IMG/VR virus record: IMGVR_UViG_3300045988_157791
DNA from: a virus
Lineage: Duplodnaviria > Heunggongvirae > Uroviricota > Caudoviricetes
Direction: 5' to 3' (one strand)
Length of the DNA stretch: 64,000 nt
Below are positions 9,379 to 19,900 of this stretch, piece after piece; position 1 is the stretch's first letter, and each line of letters starts with the position of its first letter. Below the pieces are notes generated by a model. That model worked only from the letters and a program-made list of their open reading frames with translations, searched no databases and was not told where the DNA came from. Made by a program: the position numbers and the translations under genes.

Positions 9379-10046
9379 TATTCTTCTTCCTCCAGACTCA
9401 ACAGATAATCTACAAATTCTTCAAACTCGGCTTCCGCCTTTTTGTCGCGCTCGCTACCGGTCATTTCAAAGATAGAACGACCAGACTCTTCCGCATCATC
9501 ATAGACGTTGCGGTTATATAGATTGACTGGCGCAGACTCGATTCCAAACGTCTCAACAATCTCTTTAGCCGCCAGAATGCGAGACACTTGTGATGGCAAA
9601 GCCGGGCACTGGTTCATGACCGCGCGGACCTTCACTTTATCGTTTACATTGCGAACATTGTCGATAATAGGATCGATGTCACGTAAAGATTTCAAATCAC
9701 GACGCTTAGGACGCAGCGGGATAATGATAACGTCAGCCATCAGCATCGCTTGTCGCTGAATTTCGGAGTCGAAGCCACCAGCATCTACCACTACAAACTC
9801 AGCTCTACCCTGAAGCGATTTTAGGTGCTTAATGATGTCATCCTGAACGTATGCAAAAGGAATCAGCTCAAGGTCTTCGTTCTGTCGACGGTCTTCACAC
9901 CAGCTCGTTGTCGTGCGCTGAATATCTATATCGGTAATATAAACCTTCTTCTTCTTTTTGACTTTCAGGCAAACGGCAATTTGCTGGGCAACGGTGGATT
10001 TGCCAGGCCCGCCCTTTGTGCCGCCAACCACAAAGATCTTGGTCAT
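9378..10046 (-). CDS. ParA-family partition ATPase (small type Ib-like)
   Basis: Deviant Walker A GGTKGGPGKST near the N-terminus and VVVDAGG motif; 222 aa. Confidence 0.7.
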   Translation of the reverse strand: MTKIFVVGGTKGGPGKSTVAQQIAVCLKVKKKKKVYITDIDIQRTTTSWCEDRRQNEDLELIPFAYVQDDIIKHLKSLQGRAEFVVVDAGGFDSEIQRQAMLMADVIIIPLRPKRRDLKSLRDIDPIIDNVRNVNDKVKVRAVMNQCPALPSQVSRILAAKEIVETFGIESAPVNLYNRNVYDDAEESGRSIFEMTGSERDKKAEAEFEEFVDYLLSLEEEE

Positions 10047-10078
10047 TGGAGAGTTCCCTTTGCGTCTATTATTATCGT

Positions 10079-10112
10079 CTGAAACAACTTGTTTTCTTAT
10101 ATGTGATATAGC
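10079..10112. promoter_or_regulatory. palindromic operator GAAACAACTTGTTTTC upstream of the parA-like gene
   Basis: Near-perfect palindrome about 35 bp upstream of the ParA start; same motif recurs upstream of terS and several accessory genes. Confidence 0.5.
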
Positions 10113-10364
10113 CTAAATGCCTACGGCTACGGTGTAAAGGTTAAATGGTAGGTTGTGGTTAACAATTGGCAATCATAGCTTGTATTTGTCTGTTGAAAAA
10201 AGTAACAATGACCTCTATATTACAAGTACGGTGATATGCCGTACACAATTTGATAATGCACACGTAATGGGCTATAGCCTTTTAAAGTAATTTTTGAGTC
10301 GAAAACTCAGTTTGAACAGAGGAGATTGATGGCCTTCCTACATCACGGCCATCAGGAGGAATAC

Positions 10365-10634
10365 ATGTCAGCACTAAAAAAGCAGCGCATCGATTTGAGA
10401 TTAACCGATGACGATAAAAGCATCATCGAGGAAGCTGCCGCAATGTCTAACCAGAGCATTACTCAGTTTATGGTTAGCAGTGCATCTGAACGTGCCGTGA
10501 AAGTTATAGAGCAACACCGTAGACTAGTTCTGAATGAAGAATCCTGGAATCTGGTTATGGACGCTATAAGCAATCCTCCGGCACCGAACGACAAGCTGAA
10601 ACGAGCTGCTGATCGTCTGAAAAGCATGGAGTAG
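10365..10634 (+). CDS. DUF1778-type antitoxin (TacA/AtaR-like)
   Basis: MSALKKQRIDLRLTDDDKSIIEEAA... with AGGAGG ribosome-binding site before the ATG at 10365; 8 bp before the GNAT toxin gene. Confidence 0.75.
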   Translation: MSALKKQRIDLRLTDDDKSIIEEAAAMSNQSITQFMVSSASERAVKVIEQHRRLVLNEESWNLVMDAISNPPAPNDKLKRAADRLKSME

Positions 10635-10641
10635 TTTACTC

Positions 10642-11163
10642 GTGAGCAATACAACGATAGAGATTTTCTCTGGAGAGAAAGATTATGATCTAAACGGTTT
10701 TGATTGCGGCGAAGAGTCACTAAACGCCTTTTTAGCCAACCACTTAAAAAGGCAGCATGAGGGAAAAATTCTTCGTGCTTATGTGCTTTGCACTCAAGAA
10801 GAAAGGCCAAAAGTGTTAGGATATTACACTTTGTCAGGTAGTTGTTTTGAAAAGGAGTCCTTACCTTCAAGAAGCAAACAAAAGAAGGTTCCTTATCGGA
10901 ATGTTCCAAGTGTTACTTTGGGTAGGCTGGCTTTGGACAAGTCCCTTCAAGGTCAAGGATTTGGCTCAATGCTTGTAACACATGCAATGCGCGTTGTGTA
11001 CAATGCATCTCTTGCTGTAGGCATTCATGGACTTTTCGTTGAGGCGTTAAATGACAAAGCCAAGGCGTTTTATAAAAGTTTAGGCTTTATCCAGCTGGTT
11101 GGTAACAACGAGCGTTCTTTGTTCTATCCTACAAAATCTATCGAAAAATTGTTCGAAGAATAA
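10642..11163 (+). CDS. GNAT-family acetyltransferase toxin (TacT/AtaT-like)
   Basis: GNAT motif GQGFGSMLVTHAMR; classical DUF1778 plus GNAT toxin-antitoxin arrangement. Start codon is GTG. Confidence 0.75.
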   Translation: MSNTTIEIFSGEKDYDLNGFDCGEESLNAFLANHLKRQHEGKILRAYVLCTQEERPKVLGYYTLSGSCFEKESLPSRSKQKKVPYRNVPSVTLGRLALDKSLQGQGFGSMLVTHAMRVVYNASLAVGIHGLFVEALNDKAKAFYKSLGFIQLVGNNERSLFYPTKSIEKLFEE

Positions 11164-11331
11164 TGTGTTCCCCTCATTTGAGGGGAACTTCGACATCACC
11201 AACCACAAACCCTCTCTCCCATCGTATTGTGAAAAAGGATTTGGCGTTCGGTTTCTTCAGTCATTACATCATTATTGCTGATATAGATAGGCTCAGCCCC
11301 ATCGCAGAACAACACGCTGGCTGTTTGTGGT

Positions 11332-11583
11332 TTAATGACGCACCCACTTATCATACAACTCACGATGAACGGCAGAAGCATCTTTCTGACGTATTTTACT
11401 GCTCGTCTCATTCACCACTTTCACTGTGTTTTGAAGTCGTTTTCTGTCTTCCTGTTTTGCCTTCTCTTCCATTGCTCGTCGCGCCGCATTCCCGCCCATC
11501 GTGTAAGCGCCGACAAGAACGAAAAGAACGGCAGCCAGCGTAATCAAAGCAACTTTTAGCTTTGTCATCAGGCTGCCTAGCAT
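11332..11583 (-). CDS. small N-terminally anchored protein, possible i-spanin
   Basis: N-terminal helix LKVALITLAAVLFVLVGAY followed by a charged helical region; follows the endolysin candidate. Confidence 0.35.
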   Translation of the reverse strand: MLGSLMTKLKVALITLAAVLFVLVGAYTMGGNAARRAMEEKAKQEDRKRLQNTVKVVNETSSKIRQKDASAVHRELYDKWVRH

Positions 11584-11584
11584 A

Positions 11585-12304
11585 TTAGACCATCCCTTTC
11601 TGGTGTTTTCTTACCTGCGACCAGGCAATGAATCCTGCCACAACAATAGTGGCAATACCGAAGATGATGCGTACTGTATCCCCGCTAGAGATATGACCTT
11701 GTGCTTTATCCATAGCAGCGGAAACCTGCGGCATAACATCGGCCAGCTGCGCCAGACCAATACCTGCTGTAACAGTTGCGCCTGCAGTTTCTTTAGTTAC
11801 AGGAACAGCCTTCACGGTTTTCACCGGCTTAACAACGCCAGCTCGACGCAGACCTTCCTCAATAACTTCTGCCGCATACCAGGTGTTCAGCGTTTTTAGC
11901 GGGCCTCGGCCATTCTCGTGGCGAATGATTGCCTCAACCAAAGGTCGAAGGATGTCGTAATCATGCAGATCGATGATCATGTCTGCGGTTACACCAACGG
12001 CTTTAGACACCTCATTAATGTAGGCGTCAGTATTGTTTTCATTCGGCGGTGCCCAGCGTTCAATAACTTCACGAATGGTATCGATACTTGTGCCGTCTTT
12101 TGCGCGACGTTTATCGTGGTAGGTAATTAGAGTCACCGCCAGCGCACGAATCCCCCAAACAGGGTCTTTAAACGTGCAAAAGCGCGGTTCGTCTGGATTC
12201 GCAACCAGACCTTGCCACGGTGATCCTTTATCAAGATTACCGGGGTTATTATTACGAATGCCTCTCGGAGTCTTCATCCTTGATCTCCTGTTATTGCAGT
12301 CCAC
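11585..12304 (-). CDS. candidate endolysin / cell-wall-active protein with C-terminal membrane anchor
   Basis: RNNNPGNL motif and a C-terminal hydrophobic helix (IIFGIATIVVAGFIAWSQV); placement between two small membrane proteins. Function inferred from context only. Confidence 0.35.
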   Translation of the reverse strand: MDCNNRRSRMKTPRGIRNNNPGNLDKGSPWQGLVANPDEPRFCTFKDPVWGIRALAVTLITYHDKRRAKDGTSIDTIREVIERWAPPNENNTDAYINEVSKAVGVTADMIIDLHDYDILRPLVEAIIRHENGRGPLKTLNTWYAAEVIEEGLRRAGVVKPVKTVKAVPVTKETAGATVTAGIGLAQLADVMPQVSAAMDKAQGHISSGDTVRIIFGIATIVVAGFIAWSQVRKHQKGMV

Positions 12305-12626
12305 TTTTTACGCCATACGCGGCTAACCCCAAAAGCAGTGCGGTAATAATGAACGACGTTATTTTAGAAACAATGCCGCCAAAGAACCCACTTGAGATGG
12401 AATCTAACCGGTTAAGGAGTTTGTCCAGATTGGAGTGTTGAATACTATGTTGCGCCGGGGTCATATCACCAAAGTAGGTTTTCAGCTGATCATTGACCTC
12501 CTGGCCAATTTCTTCACGTAGCTCTTTACCTAATTTGCCAACAACCTCCCGAGCAACGATCGCGGCAATACGCTCAACTTGCTCTGTTGTAACGCCCGCC
12601 ATCTCGTTCGACATGTTTTCCTCCAT
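12291..12626 (-). CDS. small membrane protein, possible holin
   Basis: 111 aa with one C-terminal hydrophobic helix; first gene after the tail fibre; recurrent intergenic motif upstream. Confidence 0.35.
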   Translation of the reverse strand: MEENMSNEMAGVTTEQVERIAAIVAREVVGKLGKELREEIGQEVNDQLKTYFGDMTPAQHSIQHSNLDKLLNRLDSISSGFFGGIVSKITSFIITALLLGLAAYGVKSGLQ

Positions 12627-12816
12627 GAAAAGTCAAATCGGGATGGCGGATTTATATCACACTTCCCCTTTCAATTATAGGTATATACTTACCTATCTAT
12701 GCATATACCGTTTAACGGCTGTTCAAATTCGTATCTAGTAACTCACTAATATATCCCTATGATTGCGGCTGTGAGATCGCATTTTAAACCTCACAGCCAT
12801 ATAAATAATGTCTAAA

Positions 12817-15800
12817 TCAGTTACTTGTTGCCCCAACAGTACCTGCAAATTTCAGCCATTGACCTGACGGACTTCTATTACTACGGTAGTGATAAACGAG
12901 GATTGCGTTTGTAATCCCACCATAGTCAGCTTTGTGTGACGTCGTTAAACGAATTGTATAATCACCGTTAGGTAGATTAAAAACTTCGATTATAGATTCT
13001 GCTAATTCTACAGCACCAAATCCCGTTATATTGTTGATACTGCCAGCATTGAATCCCATAGCATCGCCAAAGCCAATCCAATAACTTTTGCTAAACGCCC
13101 CATTTGATTTTAGGTGGCTAATGAATGCGGACAAGCTCATGCCCATATCCCCACCTGAAACAGAGGAAGTTCGCACAGTCATACTTGGAAGAGCACTGCT
13201 CTTCACATAGGAACTTAGAAGGTTTGTTACCTCTGTTTTCGTGTAAGCATTAAGGTTAGCCGCAGTCAAAGTTATATCGGCAGAGCCATCAAACGCCACA
13301 CCAGCAATTTTCCTTGCTGTCTGCAATTTTGTGGCGGTTGCGGCATTACCAGTAGTGTTCTGATTACCAGTTGTATTCACACCAGGGATTGAATCCTTAG
13401 CGGTATATACCTGCGCCCACGCTGACCATGCCGCATCAGTGGTATCTCTTCGGGAGCGAATGAAAACCGGCGCATGTGCACCGCTCGTACCACTCCAGCC
13501 AATAAGCAACTCGCCCTCACCAGCAGCACTCGCACCTTTCATGTGCAATACGTTGCCATACGTGGTCGGGTAGCTATTGTTGTACGCCTCATACATTTGA
13601 ATGCCAGCAGTGCCTTGAGTAGAGCCGCTTAACGCCGTAACTCGGCCACGAGATACCAATGTATTAATATTGATATCGCCTGAACCATCAAACTTAACAC
13701 CATTGATGTTTCTCGCTGTTTGCAACTTCGTAGCTGTTGAAGCATTACCGTTCAAACTACCATTTACGCCACCAGTCACATTTAGTCCATTACCAATTGA
13801 TACAGCACCGCTGGTATTATTAATTGTAATAGGTCGCAAACCGTTCCATGAACCTAATGTGTCTCCTGATGCTGTTAGCATGAAATATGTGTTCGATCCA
13901 TCATTACGGATAAAGAACCCAAAGCTACCGTAAGCAATGCGGAAACCATTTGCATATTTTGAAATGATCTCGCCAGAAGATGTCAAACCTCCAGATAATG
14001 TACCACCGGTAAGAGGTAATGCACCGACATCAGAGGCTGTTGGTTTGTTTTTCGTGTTATATACTCTTCGCCATCCTGGAGAATAATCTGTGCCATTAAA
14101 TACATAGATAAACTCCGCATTAGTGAGAGCACCGGAAACACTTGTCGTTGTGGCCGTTGTTATGCGGATCGTATAATTATTTGAACTACTACCGTTATTA
14201 AATACTTCTATAACAGCTCCTGCCAATGGAATAACGCCACAACCAGTTTCACTATTTGGTATGGTTGCGCTATTGGCATAGGCCCACGCACATCGAGCAA
14301 TCCATGCCTTTGTGTTAAAGGCTCCATTATTTTGCAATAACGTCACTAACTGGGCTGTTGTTATTGCTCCGCCATTACTTCCTGTAGTTAACCAACCAGT
14401 AGGAGATGCTGGGCAACCTATATTTGCTGGTGACAAGGAAATATTTGCCGAACCGTCAAACGACACCCCATTAATAGTACGCGCAGTCTGCAACTTCGTA
14501 GCAGTAGCCGCATTACCTGTTGTATTCTGATTACCAGTCGTATTAACACCTGGCAAATTAATATTTGCAGTACCATCAAAGCTCACGCCGCCGATAGTTC
14601 TTGCCGTCTGTAGTTTTGTAGCAGTTGCGGCATTACCAGTGGTGTTCTGATTACCCGTAGTGTTTACACCTGGAAGATTAATATTGGCAGAACCGTCGAA
14701 ACCAACTCCACCGATAGTTCTTGCCGTCTGTAATTTCGTTGCTGTAGCAGCATTTCCTGAAAGACTTGAAATAAATGGATGTGAACAGTAATAACCTCGT
14801 CCATTTTTAAAGTCCAAAATTATCTGTGCATTCGTACTTTCTGATAAAGGATCAGTTGCCCCCCACTTATAAGTGGTTTGACCAACTGCATAATCAGCCG
14901 TTGGAACAATCACATTTAATCCTTCCTCAGCAAAAATCTGGATAGGGAATGCTCTTGTCTCAACGTAAAATACACTACACAAATCATCATCTTTTACGCT
15001 TGCGATAATCGAGTGTATAGATCGTTCAACGGTTGAATATATTGAGAAAAAACCAACAGCATATGAACCGCGATCAGACCAACCGCCCGGCATAACAAAA
15101 CCATTAAACTCACAATTATTCATAGCGTATCCGCCAGCTGAGGAATAAGTGGTGATAACCACTCGTGAGGCTAATTCATCTGTGCCACCACCAGTTCGGC
15201 GAAAGACTACAGGATACCACTTACCGCTTACTGCATTTGCAGGAGCAGAGAAAGTGTATTTTCGCATCCCCTTTTTCTTATCCACTTCACCTTTGCTGTA
15301 AACATTAATGTTATTCAGGAAGCGGCCCTTGTCGGGGATATCAGCACCATTCTGATCCTTCTGTAGTCGTTTTTCAGCATTATCATATGCGGTCTTAACT
15401 GCTTTTGGTGTCGCGGCTAAAGATTCACTGGTGCTGTCGACAGCACTGCTAAGTTTCACAACACCTTTGGTGGTAAGGCTTGCGTCTTCCATCGCAACTG
15501 CACCGGCAATCTCTTCAGCACGATCAGCGGCAGCTTCCGCACGGGTCGCAGCGGATTCAGCAGCAGTTTTGCTCTGAGATGCAGCTGTCGCACTGCCTGC
15601 CGCCTCTGTTGCCTTCGTGGATGCCGTTGAAGCACTGCTCTTCGCTGCTGATGCCTGCTTGGTCGCCTCATCTTTTGAAGCGGATGCTGAGGTGGCTGAT
15701 GCAGACGCAGAACTTGCAGATTCAGCAGCTGCCGCCTTAGAGGAAGCAGCATTGTCTTCTGAGGTCTTTGCATTTGTTTCAGAGGTTTTTGCTGCCGATG

Positions 15801-16854
15801 CTGAATTTTTAGCAGCTGTAGCCTGACTCGTCGCCTCTGTCGCTTTTGTGGTAGCTGTTGTCGCGGATGACAATGCGCTATCCGCAGATTTTCCTGCCGC
15901 TGTTGCACTTGATGAAGCACTATCCGCACTTGCTGAGGCTGCACTTGCTGACGCTTCTGCCGCAGATTTCGAACTGTTTGCAGACGATGCACTCTGTTCG
16001 GCTGCCGTTTCAGATGCTTTTGCGTTTGCCTCTGACGTTTTTGCTGCCTTAGAGGAATTTGCAGCTTCTGTTGCCGATGATGCAGCCGCGTTTGCACTCG
16101 ATGAAGCGTTAGTCTCTGATGCTTTGGCTGCATCCTTAGATGCAGAGGCACTGGACGCAGATATTGCAGCCTCCGTTGCTTTGGTCGATGCTACAGACGC
16201 TGATTCTGCTGCCGCTTCTTTGGCGGCCTCTGCGTTCGTTTCAGATCTTTTCGCAGCAGTTGCACTCGCACTTGCAGCACTTTGTGAGGATGCCGCAGCG
16301 GATGCACTTTGAGACGCTTGAGATGCTTTTTCTCCAGCGGTATTGGCGCTTTCTGCCGCTGCGGCAGCACTGGCCGCCGCCTCACGAGCTTTGTCGCCAG
16401 CAGCATCAATCGCGTCAGTGTTATTTTTATACCACTCAACGTTTTCGTTGTGCTCGTTGACGATCTGCATTAGCGGCTTAACGGTCACTTCTGTACCGTC
16501 TTCACGCTCGATTGTCACCTCATCAAGAGCAGTCAACCAACTGCGCATAGACTTGGAATCAGCCGACATACGCGACATTAGTGCAGTAAAGCGCGCGCTA
16601 AACTGCGTTAAGTCACCTTCATAGGTCGTAATGATTCGGCACGGAACTTCAGACTGAGTTTCGCCGGTATAAGGTTCTGAGAGAACAATGTTTGTATCAC
16701 TGGTTACGCGCTTGATCTCATACAGCTTATTGTCGGGGCCAATGACGATCATGCCCGGCAACACACCATTAGCTGTTACGTTCCAGGCTGTTCCAACACC
16801 AACGAGAGTATTGCTACCCTGTGTAAATGTGATAGTACCTTCCCTGTACCACAT
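12817..16854 (-). CDS. tail fibre protein (1345 aa)
   Basis: About 270-aa Ala/Ser/Thr-rich low-complexity segment, then repeated blocks GNQNTTGNAATATKLQTARTIGGVxFDGSANI (at least 5 copies); last gene of the tail operon. Confidence 0.8.
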   Translation of the reverse strand: MWYREGTITFTQGSNTLVGVGTAWNVTANGVLPGMIVIGPDNKLYEIKRVTSDTNIVLSEPYTGETQSEVPCRIITTYEGDLTQFSARFTALMSRMSADSKSMRSWLTALDEVTIEREDGTEVTVKPLMQIVNEHNENVEWYKNNTDAIDAAGDKAREAAASAAAAAESANTAGEKASQASQSASAAASSQSAASASATAAKRSETNAEAAKEAAAESASVASTKATEAAISASSASASKDAAKASETNASSSANAAASSATEAANSSKAAKTSEANAKASETAAEQSASSANSSKSAAEASASAASASADSASSSATAAGKSADSALSSATTATTKATEATSQATAAKNSASAAKTSETNAKTSEDNAASSKAAAAESASSASASATSASASKDEATKQASAAKSSASTASTKATEAAGSATAASQSKTAAESAATRAEAAADRAEEIAGAVAMEDASLTTKGVVKLSSAVDSTSESLAATPKAVKTAYDNAEKRLQKDQNGADIPDKGRFLNNINVYSKGEVDKKKGMRKYTFSAPANAVSGKWYPVVFRRTGGGTDELASRVVITTYSSAGGYAMNNCEFNGFVMPGGWSDRGSYAVGFFSIYSTVERSIHSIIASVKDDDLCSVFYVETRAFPIQIFAEEGLNVIVPTADYAVGQTTYKWGATDPLSESTNAQIILDFKNGRGYYCSHPFISSLSGNAATATKLQTARTIGGVGFDGSANINLPGVNTTGNQNTTGNAATATKLQTARTIGGVSFDGTANINLPGVNTTGNQNTTGNAATATKLQTARTINGVSFDGSANISLSPANIGCPASPTGWLTTGSNGGAITTAQLVTLLQNNGAFNTKAWIARCAWAYANSATIPNSETGCGVIPLAGAVIEVFNNGSSSNNYTIRITTATTTSVSGALTNAEFIYVFNGTDYSPGWRRVYNTKNKPTASDVGALPLTGGTLSGGLTSSGEIISKYANGFRIAYGSFGFFIRNDGSNTYFMLTASGDTLGSWNGLRPITINNTSGAVSIGNGLNVTGGVNGSLNGNASTATKLQTARNINGVKFDGSGDININTLVSRGRVTALSGSTQGTAGIQMYEAYNNSYPTTYGNVLHMKGASAAGEGELLIGWSGTSGAHAPVFIRSRRDTTDAAWSAWAQVYTAKDSIPGVNTTGNQNTTGNAATATKLQTARKIAGVAFDGSADITLTAANLNAYTKTEVTNLLSSYVKSSALPSMTVRTSSVSGGDMGMSLSAFISHLKSNGAFSKSYWIGFGDAMGFNAGSINNITGFGAVELAESIIEVFNLPNGDYTIRLTTSHKADYGGITNAILVYHYRSNRSPSGQWLKFAGTVGATSN
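14440..14790. repeat. about 105-bp tandem DNA repeats inside the tail fibre gene
   Basis: Three near-identical units each encoding TTGNAATATKLQTARTIGGV-FDG-ANINLPGVN. Confidence 0.7.
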
Positions 16855-16947
16855 GTTGAATATGCTCCTTGATTTGGTGGGCTATCCTTGCCCACCATAA
16901 AGTAAGTACCTACTTATTTTTACCGATGTAAATATTTTTTTCTACTA

Positions 16948-19900
16948 TCACAGAAGGCCAATTCTCACTCGGAGGACGTTGTTATCGTCATAAACGTCAA
17001 TCCGCTGACCATTTATGACCAATCGCCCATTGCCGCCGCTATTACCGTTAATCTCAAGCGTTCCATTTTTGCCGAACCGCCATCCAGATCTACCGCTAAC
17101 AAAATTGGTAGATTGCAGATCGCCTACTTTTGCATTGGTGATTGTGCCATCCTTGATATACGCACCATTCATATAGGCGATACTGTTTTCGATAACAAAT
17201 GGCGTGGTGATCTTCCCGTTAACAGAGTTGACCAAACCAAATCTGTCCGCCTGAACCAAAAACTGAGATAGCCCAGTGGTGTCAATACCAAGCGCAATAC
17301 CGGCAACATACTTCTGCCCTCCGCTCGTTGAAGTCTCCATTTTCAACGTCCACGCGGTTGATACTTTTTTGTTGGTATCAGCAATAGCTGTTGCCTGCTG
17401 TTGAATTGTCGCGGTATTTCCATCCACCTCTGCTTTCAGAGTATCGATTCGCCCACTCAGAGCATTATCTGCCTGCGTTCTCGCTGTCGTTTCAGTTGTG
17501 ACCGCCGCAGAAATGTTGGCTGCTGTTTGAGACTCTAAGTTTGTGATTTGAGTCGCCAATGCAGCATCTTGCTCTGTACGCGTTTTCGTTTCGGTTGCTA
17601 CAGCCGCTTTAATATCCTCTTTGTATTGAGAGGTCAGCTTGGTGATCTGAGACGACAACGCCGAGTCAGCATCAGTTCGAGCCTGCGTTTCAACTGCAAC
17701 GGCCGCACTAATATCTTTCGCTGTCTGTGCTTTTAAACTTGAAACCTCTTTTGTTAAAGCGGTATCACCATCTGCACGAGCCGTTGTTTCTCTGGCAAGA
17801 GACGCCTCGAGATCATTAGCTTTTGCTGTAAGAGACGTAATCTGGGTAGACAATGCACTATCGGCATCAGTCCTTGCTTTTGTCTCTACAGCAACCGCTG
17901 CGGCAATATCAGTTCCGGTTTGTGCTCGCAGGCTGTTAATTTCTCGTGAGAGCGCCTGGTCAGCACTTGCTCTGGCCTCCTGCTCCTGAGTGATGGCCGC
18001 GGATATATCACCGTCAACCTTTGACTGAAGCTGGTTTATTTGTTTGGCTAACGCAGAGTCCCCGCTTGCTCGGGCCTCCTGCTCACTACGTATTGCAGCA
18101 GAAATATCATCATCAACCTTTGCCTGAAGTTGGGTGATCTGTCTTGCCAGAGCCGAATCTTCCGTTGCTCGGGCTTCTTGCTCTTCCTTAATAGCTGCGA
18201 CGATATCGTTGCTTACTTTCGACTCAAGCTGAGTGATCTGTGTCGTCAGAGCTTCATCGGCAGATGTACGAGCCTCCTGCTCTGTACTAATCGCCGCGCT
18301 GATATCTCCTTCAAACTTAGATTGCAGCTGAGTGACACGCTTTGCCAACGCTTCATCGCCATCGGCACGAGCGGTGGACTCTTCCAGAATACTGGCCTTA
18401 ATGTCTTCGCCAATTTCTACGCGAATTTCCTCAACCTTCGTGGCCATTGCAGACATATCATCAGCAAAGGTTTTCTGTGTTGTTGCGATCTTCGCGTTAT
18501 TGACCATCTGCTTGTGCTGGTCTTCATCTTGACGAAGAGCCAGGTCAATATTTGTTTTGGCTAACGCCTCAATGTTCGTAGTCAGTTCTGCACTGGCACG
18601 ATCGACCTCTGCAACCGTCTTTTTCATTTCTTCAACGGCAGCGGAGCTTTCCTCTACCGTTGACTGCAACACTTCCAGTTGTTTAGCGTTTGCAGCATCG
18701 CCTTCAACACGAGCCTCGCTTTCCTTAGCAATAAGAGCCGCCGCTTCATCTCTTGCAGCCTTTATTGCCTCGACTGTATTAGCGAGAGCTTTATCGTGTT
18801 CAGATACGGTGTTTTCGATTTCAACAATTGCAGCATCAGTAGCATCAATTTTTTCAAACGCTTCATTGACCTTGTCGATCGTTGCCGAAACCTCACCTTT
18901 AAGCTCGGTTTGTGCGTTCTCCAAAGCATCGCTACGCTCGTTGAATTTTATTTCAAAATCCGCGAGGTTATCGCTGAACTGCTTATCTAATTCAGCTATA
19001 TCTTCCTTAACGTCGTTTACCGCCCCCTCCAAAGATTCGACGCTCTGGTTGATATGCTCATTTAACTCGTCAACTGCTTCTTGAGAGGCTTTGCTGTTGA
19101 TGTCCTCAAGCAGAGCCTGACCAAGCTCGGAAGATGTAATTTTGCCAGTCAGGAACGACAGTACATCGCGAGTTGTCGCCTCTGTACCCAAGTTTGAGTT
19201 CGGAGGACTTAACATACCTCGCTTGTTCGATGCTCGAACCCAGTAATACCACGTTTCGCTATCCCCAAGACCAGCATGTGTAAAGGTGGTGCTTGCAGAC
19301 TCTGCGATCAGTTTCGCCGTATCCAGATTGTTGGTCTGGGATGCGTAAACATTAATGTGATCAAGGTCTACCGAATCTGGATTAACCCAATTCAGTATCA
19401 CATTACGATAGTCTCCAACGGCCGTTAATGACGTTGGGGAATCCGGCGGTGTCATTGTGCCCAACACCTGATAAACGGTACTGATAATCTCTGTTTTTTT
19501 ACCGTTGAATGAAACCGCATACAGCTGGAAGTCGTAGCGTCCATTCTCCGCGACATTAACGATTTCGTATTGCTCTTCGGTTACACGCGCCGATTGCCAG
19601 TTCGATACATTGTTTTCATCAGAACGTCGCCAACTGATCCAATACTCTGGAGATTTCCCTTCCCATGTTGCAGTCAGTTTTACTGACAGGTTGCCCGGGC
19701 TTGAGAGATAAGTCCCTTCAGTGATTTGCAGATTAGATGGCTTGGAGTAAGTCGGGTCCAATACCGTCGTATTTTGCGGGATAAGCGTTGCACCATTGTC
19801 GATCGCCTCATATTTAGACGGATTGTTCTCAACAGCGGTGATGTCAAAGCTACCCGGCGTTTCCCCCTGCGCGATGTTAACGATGCGAACGCGCATAGGT

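Noticed and set aside
11163-11543. Plus-strand 126-aa ORF overlapping the minus-strand small membrane protein gene
   Set aside because: Antisense to a better-supported gene in the leftward operon; no independent start signals.
15456-16460. Plus- and minus-frame ORFs of 64-231 aa inside the tail fibre gene (15456-16151, 15617-15826, 15848-16312, 16140-16460 and others)
   Set aside because: They lie in the Ala/Ser-rich low-complexity part of the 1345-aa fibre ORF; alternative frames of GC-rich GCN/TCN repeats stay open by chance and encode Gln/Arg/Leu-rich nonsense.
17400-18500. Possibility that the regular repeats in the J-like gene, tail fibre gene or iteron arrays are CRISPR arrays
   Set aside because: The J and fibre repeats are in-frame coding repeats without unique spacers; the iteron units are direct repeats without spacer structure and no cas genes are present.
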